64,000 bases of DNA. Source: Patescibacteria group bacterium (GTDB lineage: Bacteria; Patescibacteriota; Microgenomatia; Levybacterales; UBA12049). Position numbers and translations under genes: made by a program. Positions within the stretch are counted from its first letter, which is position 1. Every line of letters begins with the position of its first letter. This document shows positions 57,591 through 64,000 of this stretch, in pieces. The notes below the pieces were generated by a model. It saw nothing but the letters and a program-made list of their open reading frames with translations, had not been told where the DNA came from and did no database searches. The stretch covers positions 2,357 to 66,356 of the forward strand of contig JBBTTO010000004.1 in the NCBI GenBank assembly GCA_038064195.1, written 5' to 3'.

Positions 57591-58400
57591 TCAGTGTGAG
57601 AATATAAGAGACGGGTAAAGCTCAACGGGTAACCGCGGAAATCCTTTAAATACTGAAACTTTTCGTTTGGTCTGACCCGATGTCCCGGTCGACTCAATTA
57701 CCTGCCCCTGAGCCGGAAGCGCAGTACCATTACCCGATACGCCTATAATTGAGGAATGATAAAGAGGGATAACACGCATCAAAAGACCGTTGGTCATACC
57801 GTTAATCGTGAATCGATGCGCAAAAGTAACCCCATTTAATGTTGCACTTCCTTGCATTGATGTAGAGAAATTATTAGCACTTGCCCGCGCCGCGCAAGGA
57901 TCGAGGTTATAATGAGTAATAACCGGAGCGCTGACAAGCCCGGTTATAGTAACAATTTCGATTGCTACCTGAGTGTTGGTCGATCCCGCGGCGCAAACCT
58001 CATTTGGCTGTCCCCAATAAACAGTAATATTGCCATTAAAAGGGGAGGCATAGCTGGGGTATGTCGACAACCATACATCCGCTCCGTCATCCTGAGAAAC
58101 AGCATTACCGTTATTAATTAAAAAAACAGATCCCGGAGAGGCTAATGCAGTAATTGAGGTGGTATAGCTTGCATTATTGGTGAGCGTACCGGAAATTGAA
58201 CTATTAATGGAACTGATTATTTTCTCGACTCCCGCTTCAGCCGCTGAAAAAGCAAGCTGGGAAGTCTGATCTTCCTTGCTTGTACGCAGACTGGTAATTG
58301 AATGAGATACTACAGACAATCCGACGGTAATAGTAACTACCATCACTAAAATCACAATTAAGAGGACCTGACCCTTTTGAGCTTGATGAGGAACCGGCAT
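57591..58400 (-). CDS. PilX-like minor pilin / pilus-associated protein
   Basis: QKGQVLLIVILVMVVTITVGLS N-terminal segment like PilX_N; start uncertain. Confidence 0.45.
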   Translation of the reverse strand: MPVPHQAQKGQVLLIVILVMVVTITVGLSVVSHSITSLRTSKEDQTSQLAFSAAEAGVEKIISSINSSISGTLTNNASYTTSITALASPGSVFLINNGNAVSQDDGADVWLSTYPSYASPFNGNITVYWGQPNEVCAAGSTNTQVAIEIVTITGLVSAPVITHYNLDPCAARASANNFSTSMQGSATLNGVTFAHRFTINGMTNGLLMRVIPLYHSSIIGVSGNGTALPAQGQVIESTGTSGQTKRKVSVFKGFPRLPVELYPSLIFSH

Positions 58401-58445
58401 AGTACATCTATCGTAACAATCCAGGAATACCCGTGTCAACCAAGG

Positions 58446-58985
58446 CTATCTGATATTACGTAAGGTGATACTGGTCTGAAACTGTTGGGATGAGTTGTTT
58501 TCTACCAGATTGTTACTATTCTTCTTGCCTAAGGTAAATGATACTGTCATCGTAGGTTGATCGTATGGGGTAAGTTGAGTACAGCTGAACGAACACGCCG
58601 TGACTTTTACATCGTTTGGATCAAGGAGCGCTGCGCCATTTGAGGCAATGGTACCCGCCCCCAAATCGCAACTGAAGGTCGTTATATTATTATCTACATT
58701 CAGAATGCTGATACTTGACTGCTGGACCGGAGTAGGTGTCGGAGCCGTATAACAGGTTGTGGGATCCAGAATATCTGTTGAATATCTCACCATCTTTGTT
58801 ATCTGACCGAGAGCAAAATTGCCATTCTGCTGAATAATCCCGAGTGATTCGGACTTGTTGGCACCTTGCAGAGTTGAAAATAAAATACCAAACATCATTG
58901 ACCCTACAACCCCTGTAATAGCTATAACCGCCAATAGTTCGATAAGAGTAAATCCGGAGAATTGTGAAAATTTACTATGTTTCAT
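58446..58985 (-). CDS. prepilin-type N-terminal cleavage/methylation domain pseudopilin
   Basis: FSGFTLIELLAVIAITGVVG class III signal. Confidence 0.65.
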   Translation of the reverse strand: MKHSKFSQFSGFTLIELLAVIAITGVVGSMMFGILFSTLQGANKSESLGIIQQNGNFALGQITKMVRYSTDILDPTTCYTAPTPTPVQQSSISILNVDNNITTFSCDLGAGTIASNGAALLDPNDVKVTACSFSCTQLTPYDQPTMTVSFTLGKKNSNNLVENNSSQQFQTSITLRNIR

Positions 58986-59482
58986 GGTGTAGGTCTGGCT
59001 GTGTAATTTGAGAGACATGACTCAATTTGTAAACTATGACAATTAGTTAACGAGCTTACGCATTTGCTGTCTGTCCAGGCAACGGTAAGGGTAGCTTTTG
59101 TATAACGGGCACCTGCTACGGGAGTTGAGGGTCTGCAGGAGCTGTCATTTTGAGAGATTGCTACTTCGCGCGAAAATTTACTGGCTACATTGGCTCCACA
59201 GGCACTGTTTTTAGGTCCACATGATCCTGACTGTGACGTTACTACTGAGCATGTATCCGCCAGGCAATAGTTGCCCGAGAGTGCTGAAAAGGCAGTAAAA
59301 TCACTGTCTCTGGTATGCCTGACGATCTCAAGTCCTGACTGGGCAGTATCAGTCCCCGAGTTGATAGCCGCTCCCTGTTGTGAATTAGTAAGTGAGGTAA
59401 TGATAATCAACGTGCTCGCAGTCAGGATAATCACTCCTATTCCTAACGCGACCGCGACCTCAACAATTGTTTGACCTTTCAT
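58982..59482 (-). CDS. pseudopilin-like protein
   Basis: MKGQTIVEVAVALGIGVIIL prepilin-like N-terminus. Confidence 0.5.
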   Translation of the reverse strand: MKGQTIVEVAVALGIGVIILTASTLIIITSLTNSQQGAAINSGTDTAQSGLEIVRHTRDSDFTAFSALSGNYCLADTCSVVTSQSGSCGPKNSACGANVASKFSREVAISQNDSSCRPSTPVAGARYTKATLTVAWTDSKCVSSLTNCHSLQIESCLSNYTARPTP

Positions 59483-59486
59483 AGCT

Positions 59487-60017
59487 TTAATGTACCGTCA
59501 CAGAACCCGATTGACCGACTGTAATAGTGACCGGAGGTGGCGTATTACCGTTTTTCATCCCGACAACCACATCACCATCCCCGATCACTCCATTCGTCAG
59601 AACTTTAAAAGTAAAGCCGACCGATGTCGTACCACTTTGTCGAAAGGAGGCGGTTGAGGGAAGTTTTTTAGTTACAAGCACTGTTCGTGTCGAAGAGCAG
59701 ACCATTGATAGGGTATAGGTGTCCTGGGTGGCACACGTTGACCCAGTTAGTCCACAGATATCAACTCTATACCCATCAAGCGTCCCTGAACAATTTGAGG
59801 GCTTGACTTGAGAGAGGGTACGGGATTTTGCGTCACGCAAAAGATTGCCAACATCTGAGGAACCCTGCTTAAGAGTCGAACTCTGACTATACGAAACAAA
59901 TGAGGCAACTGTTACCGTTGAGACGATCGCAATAACAGACATTACCACGAGTAATTCAATCAGCGTAAAACCTCTAACAGCTCTAAAAGTAAGGCAGTAA
60001 TAGAAAAGACCTTTCAT
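59487..60017 (-). CDS. prepilin-type pseudopilin
   Basis: RGFTLIELLVVMSVIAIV. Confidence 0.65.
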   Translation of the reverse strand: MKGLFYYCLTFRAVRGFTLIELLVVMSVIAIVSTVTVASFVSYSQSSTLKQGSSDVGNLLRDAKSRTLSQVKPSNCSGTLDGYRVDICGLTGSTCATQDTYTLSMVCSSTRTVLVTKKLPSTASFRQSGTTSVGFTFKVLTNGVIGDGDVVVGMKNGNTPPPVTITVGQSGSVTVH

Positions 60018-60493
60018 GGATTGGTAACGACATAATACTTCCCTGATGAACAGGTCCCACCTGAAGGAGAAGGAGCTGATTGAGTAGTATTGGTATCGCT
60101 ATCGTTCCCGTTCTCAAGGCAGGTAGCCAACGTATATGTCGTACCCGTAGCATCTGTATAGAAATAATAGTTACCCGAGTTATAGCCTGATGTTCCCAAA
60201 GGGTCACAAGGAACTTTTTTCGCATAGGTCGTATTGTTATAAGTAAAAGCCTGTGAGGTCGTACACGCTGACGTATCATTGAGTCTATAGGTGCTTTGAC
60301 GGACAGGATACACCCCGTTATCTGACCGGTAAAGCTCGAGTGCGGACTGAATTTGTCTGATATCTGATTTGCGTTGCGCGTCCCGGGCACGCTGCCTCAC
60401 GCCGACAAAGTTAGCCGTCAGTAAAGCAGTCAGAATCCCGATAATTGAGATAACTATGAGAAGCTCAATGAGGGTAAACCCTCCCCGCCTCAA
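60014..60493 (-). CDS. type IV pilin, GspG/PulG-like
   Basis: TTG-initiated MRRGGFTLIELLIVISIIGIL...RKSDIRQIQSALELY; ORF-track extension runs through the repeat tract. Confidence 0.65.
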   Translation of the reverse strand: MRRGGFTLIELLIVISIIGILTALLTANFVGVRQRARDAQRKSDIRQIQSALELYRSDNGVYPVRQSTYRLNDTSACTTSQAFTYNNTTYAKKVPCDPLGTSGYNSGNYYFYTDATGTTYTLATCLENGNDSDTNTTQSAPSPSGGTCSSGKYYVVTNP

Positions 60494-60590
60494 GCAGGAA
60501 TTTTCAATTTTCAATTTCCAATTTCCAAAAAAAGTTGAACTACCTAAAATTTGACATTTTAGATTTGACATTTGACATTTATCAGGGGGT
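60494..60590. repeat. short tandem repeats (TTTTCAA)n/(TTTCCAA)n and (TTTGACA)x3
   Basis: aattttcaattttcaatttccaatttccaa ... atttgacattttagatttgacatttgacattt. Confidence 0.8.
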
Positions 60591-61079
60591 AATATCCGGG
60601 CTGGCAATTCCATAATTACAAGTGGTTCCGCAAGCTGTTTGGGTAACAGAATAGGTACTCAACGATGTACAGGCATTCCCTCCGTTACACGCTTGCGGAT
60701 CTTTACCTCCTCTCTCCAGACTAGCATAGAGAATATAACTTTGTCCATCGGCTGAAGCATAGTAAACATAGTTGTGTGTGGACACCGGATCCTTAGGCAA
60801 AACATTCATGTACGGTTGCCACGAAGTACCCCAATTAATACTTGAGGTGGTAAAGATTTTATTGGCTGATGCAGTCGGATAACGGCCGTTATCCTGATAA
60901 TATGCCTCGAGAGCTCTCTGTATTTGACCGAGATCAGATTTACGCCTGACGTCATTAGCTTTGAGAACCTGCTGCCCGGGGCTGAGAACAGCCAGAACTC
61001 CCGCCGCAAAAATACCGATAACTCCGGTCACAAGGATAAGCTCAATCAGGGTAAAGCCCCGCGAACGTACAAAAGTCAT
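60582..61079 (-). CDS. type IV pilin, GspG/PulG-like
   Basis: RSRGFTLIELILVTGV...RRKSDLGQIQRALEAYYQDNGRYP. Confidence 0.75.
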   Translation of the reverse strand: MTFVRSRGFTLIELILVTGVIGIFAAGVLAVLSPGQQVLKANDVRRKSDLGQIQRALEAYYQDNGRYPTASANKIFTTSSINWGTSWQPYMNVLPKDPVSTHNYVYYASADGQSYILYASLERGGKDPQACNGGNACTSLSTYSVTQTACGTTCNYGIASPDITP

Positions 61080-61120
61080 ACACTCATGATAGATCGTTAT
61101 CCTTATCTTTTACAAGTAGC

Positions 61121-61822
61121 TCAACATGCGCCGCCGCAGGCAGGAGTACAGTACTGTCCGGTACCTGCCGGCACGACATTACAGCGTGACGGACTCCCGC
61201 TACACGAATAGTCAGGTGATGCACAAGGAGGAGTAGGGGTAGGGGTTGGAGACTGCGGGACAGGTGACGTACTGGGGGTAGGTGATGGGCTGGGAGTCGC
61301 GGTTGGAGCAGTTACAATAGTGGTTGATGAAATAAAACTGCAATCAACTGCCCCCGAGACTGTACACGCCCAACTGGAGCTGAAATCTGCCGGCACACAA
61401 CCTGACAACGAACTCAACTGGCAAGCACCCGAATCACTTTTAGATAATTGAGAGAAAACTACATTCCACTGCGGACAAGCACTGGTAGCCAAATTTTTAT
61501 AGGTATAACAACTTCCGGGTGTTGATGAACAGGTAGGGTCCTGCGGAACTTTTCGCATATACACCGTTCCGTTTTCCGTCCATGGAGAGCCAAAAGGCAG
61601 CGTCTGAGGATAACAACTGTGATCGTTATAATAAAGGTCAAGCGCTGTCTTTATCTCCTGAAGATCTGATTTACGCTCTGCGTCATCAACTTTATTGAGC
61701 TGGGCGACAGGATTAATAAAAAGCAAACTGAGTGACAACAGCGTTGCCAGAATTCCAATAACCACCAGGAGCTCGACTAAAGTAAAGCCCGCGCTAAGCA
61801 CGTAGTTGGATTTTGTTTTCAT
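61121..61822 (-). CDS. type IV pilin, GspG/PulG-like with Pro/Thr/Cys-rich C-terminus
   Basis: SAGFTLVELLVVIGIL...ERKSDLQEIKTALDLYYNDHSCYP then TPSPSPTPSTSP tail. Confidence 0.75.
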   Translation of the reverse strand: MKTKSNYVLSAGFTLVELLVVIGILATLLSLSLLFINPVAQLNKVDDAERKSDLQEIKTALDLYYNDHSCYPQTLPFGSPWTENGTVYMRKVPQDPTCSSTPGSCYTYKNLATSACPQWNVVFSQLSKSDSGACQLSSLSGCVPADFSSSWACTVSGAVDCSFISSTTIVTAPTATPSPSPTPSTSPVPQSPTPTPTPPCASPDYSCSGSPSRCNVVPAGTGQYCTPACGGAC

Positions 61823-62634
61823 GGTCTTCCTAACAGTAACTTCAAAGCAACATTCATCAGCTTATCTCCCCACATTATCATAGTAAAAGTCCCAAGGACA
61901 AGAAAAGGACCAAATGGTATAGTGCCGCCATGCAGCTTCTTTTTCTTCAGCAAAACCAGCCCCAGGGCAACTATCGCTCCTGTTATAAACGCTATATAAA
62001 TACCCAGAATAATCTTAGGAAATCCGAGGAGTACTCCCATACAGAAAGCGTAGATCACATCGCCAAATCCCATCCCGCGACCTTTTGTTAAAAAAAAGAT
62101 AGCAAAGAAAAAAAACGCTACGCCAAAACCACTCAAAATTGCCAGAGGCAAGAGAGTGGGGGAGGTGATTACCAGGAGAATTAGTGATGCTATTGTAACA
62201 ACAGCTACAACAGGAAAAGGTATTATTTCATATTTTAAATCTGAAAAAACGATGATCAGCAGACAACAGCTAATAAAGAGCAGCAAAAAAAGTACTTCCA
62301 AAGGTTGTGAAATAAAACTGAGAGTCACTAGAGACAACATAAGCCCGGCTATAAGCTCAGAAAGCGGATAAAACCTGGATAGGTGATGGTGACAATGCCG
62401 GCATTTCCCCTGCTGGAGTAAATACGATACCACCGGTATAAGCTCGTACCAGCTTAGTTCTTTTTTACAATGGTCACAGTGAGATCTCCCTAAAAGAAAT
62501 GACTCGTGTCTTTGGAGTCTATCAGCAATCACATTCAGAAAACTTCCTATAAAAAGCCCTCCGAAGAAAACCAGCAAAGCGATGAGCAGCATATATCTAT
62601 TATAACCAGTTAGAGGCTGAGTTGAGAAGAGCAA
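61819..62634 (-). CDS. pilD: prepilin peptidase (A24 family)
   Basis: CDHCKKELSWYELIPVVSYLLQQGKCRHC zinc-binding region, multi-TM, MGFGDV catalytic motif. Confidence 0.85.
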   Translation of the reverse strand: MLFSTQPLTGYNRYMLLIALLVFFGGLFIGSFLNVIADRLQRHESFLLGRSHCDHCKKELSWYELIPVVSYLLQQGKCRHCHHHLSRFYPLSELIAGLMLSLVTLSFISQPLEVLFLLLFISCCLLIIVFSDLKYEIIPFPVVAVVTIASLILLVITSPTLLPLAILSGFGVAFFFFAIFFLTKGRGMGFGDVIYAFCMGVLLGFPKIILGIYIAFITGAIVALGLVLLKKKKLHGGTIPFGPFLVLGTFTMIMWGDKLMNVALKLLLGRP

Positions 62635-62642
62635 TATTAGGC

Positions 62643-64000
62643 TTATTTATCTTTTATATCCTTCAGGAGATCAGTGTTGAATCGCTCCTTATAGGCATCG
62701 CGAAGGCTTTTTTGCTGCTTCTCTGGAGCCTTACAGCTTTTCAGCGCTATGTAGAGAACTTGATAAAATCTGGCTTGGGTAGGATTAAGATCAATTGCTT
62801 TACTGATGGTTTTAATCCCGAGGTCGCAATTATTTTGCTTTGACCAATACATCGCGCCCAGCGCAAAATAAGCATTCTCATAGTCAGGTTGAACAGCGAT
62901 CGACTTTTTATAGTATTCTTCCGCAGTCTTTTGATCATTATATTTGTCTACCAGGTAATTACCTAGACGCAACAGGCCATTAGCATAGTTATTCGGAATA
63001 TCAGCAATAGTTAAATTACCCTCGGCAATAGTCGCATTCCTTTTTATCGGAACATGTAAATTCGCCCATAGAGAGGAAGAATCATTTTTAAAGGAAGTCA
63101 AAGTCGGCAGAGCTGTTTTATCCCGAATCAAACGTGATGTAAGACCACTGGGGACCCAATTGAAAGTTACTTTGTGACCTTTCATCTCAATATCGGAATA
63201 AATATCATATGTTTTGGCTAAATCCCAAATGTTTTGCTTCATCGCAATTATCCCTTCGTTAAAAGACAAGGCTTGTCGTATACCCTTAAATCGTTGACTC
63301 AGGATCTTATTTGACTGCAGGGGGTCAAGGCTGTTAAGAACTGTCACATCGGGTCTGATATTGAGTGCGTAATTGACATACCATGTATTAAAAAGACTTG
63401 TATCTCCTGAGAGAAAAATGATCGAGTCTTCTGGCAAGAAATTTATATAGTCACTCCCGAAATTATCTCCTGTCCAGACATTGGACAGGTTGGTTTTAGG
63501 AAAATTATGAACAAATAATATCATCGGGATAATAAGAAAAACTCCCATGACAAGCGGGAGGAACTCACGTCTGACAACTTTTGCGATCAATTCTTTAAAG
63601 AAAGAAAGGCCAAGGGGGAAGAGGAGCATGAGCATAATAGCTGAGAGTGAGATGAATCTCTCAGAAATACCAAAGCGAAAAACACTTAAGAGAGGAAACC
63701 CGGCATAAGCAATAAAAAAAGGACCAGTGAACACAAAAGCAAGGACTACCGCGAGCGCAAAGGTACTATTTTTCCTTATAGACTGAATCAAGCCTAACAA
63801 ACATACTGCAATCACCGGTAAGGTTAATTGCAATCCGACTGTAGTAGCGTAGTACTTTAAAATGATCAGCCTTTCAGTCATATTAGGAGGATCAAAAGCT
63901 CCGGCTTGAAAAGTTCCGTATCTTTTACGCAGAATAAGATCAGAAAAAGCTTGAAAATCCCACACATTCTTTAGATTCGCCCAGTCAAAAACCGGATGGA
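62643..64000 (-). CDS. polytopic membrane protein with C-terminal TPR repeats (TMTC/PMT-like?), 5'-partial at the window edge
   Basis: many TM segments then YENAYFALGAMYW..AIDLNP TPR-like repeats; the reading frame stays open to position 64000. Confidence 0.5.
   Translation of the reverse strand, partial: HPVFDWANLKNVWDFQAFSDLILRKRYGTFQAGAFDPPNMTERLIILKYYATTVGLQLTLPVIAVCLLGLIQSIRKNSTFALAVVLAFVFTGPFFIAYAGFPLLSVFRFGISERFISLSAIMLMLLFPLGLSFFKELIAKVVRREFLPLVMGVFLIIPMILFVHNFPKTNLSNVWTGDNFGSDYINFLPEDSIIFLSGDTSLFNTWYVNYALNIRPDVTVLNSLDPLQSNKILSQRFKGIRQALSFNEGIIAMKQNIWDLAKTYDIYSDIEMKGHKVTFNWVPSGLTSRLIRDKTALPTLTSFKNDSSSLWANLHVPIKRNATIAEGNLTIADIPNNYANGLLRLGNYLVDKYNDQKTAEEYYKKSIAVQPDYENAYFALGAMYWSKQNNCDLGIKTISKAIDLNPTQARFYQVLYIALKSCKAPEKQQKSLRDAYKERFNTDLLKDIKDK

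Noticed and set aside
60494-60613. ORF-track N-terminal extension of the pilin gene (MELPARILPPDKCQMSNLKCQILGSSTFFGNWKLKIENSCL)
   Set aside because: It translates the tandem-repeat tract. The prepilin leader would be 37 aa instead of the usual 5-15, so a TTG start giving MRRGGFTLIELL fits far better.

Overview
Low-GC (~40%) bacterial segment, dominated by housekeeping genes and in the style of a reduced Patescibacteria/CPR-like genome. Content: translation genes (thrS-infC-rpmI-rplT, pheS-pheT, tyrS, rpmF, rpsP-KH-trmD, nusB, rnc, a short trigger factor), metK behind an S-box-like leader, two rRNA/RNA methyltransferases, cell-wall genes (PBP1a, two GH73-like hydrolases, GT2/GT4/GT-C-like glycosyltransferases, polysaccharide deacetylase), recG, Hsp20, and a long minus-strand type IV pilus block (pilD, three tandem GspG-like pilins, further pseudopilins, a PilX-like gene, pilM, pilN, pilO). 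Eight canonical tRNAs (Gln, Gly, Phe, Leu x3, Val x2) and one aberrant tRNA-Leu-like element. Less ordinary items: a translationally coupled RtcB / Clp-fold protease / archease / RtcB operon with an eRF1-like (Host_attach/baeRF) gene just downstream; a PRTase::PRPP-synthetase fusion with DLH-like and CapA-like neighbours; a tRNA-Gln locus carrying a GIY-YIG gene, a duplicated tRNA 5' fragment and an adjacent ~0.65 kb high-GC islet encoding a stand-alone ClpX-type zinc-finger protein; a second high-GC single-gene insert; a homopolymer-frameshifted O-methyltransferase; a DinJ/YafQ-like TA pair with an in-frame TGA in the toxin; and several recurring intergenic repeat/hairpin families ((ACCCGCT)n, TTTCGA-type, GGGG-N5-CCCC pairs, CCTCC/GGGAGG terminators). 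A consensus promoter drives an ~80-nt terminated leader upstream of a peptidoglycan hydrolase. The ORF track uses alternative start codons, so several ORF-track starts are over-extended and have been trimmed. All calls come from reading the sequence and translations; no searches were run.
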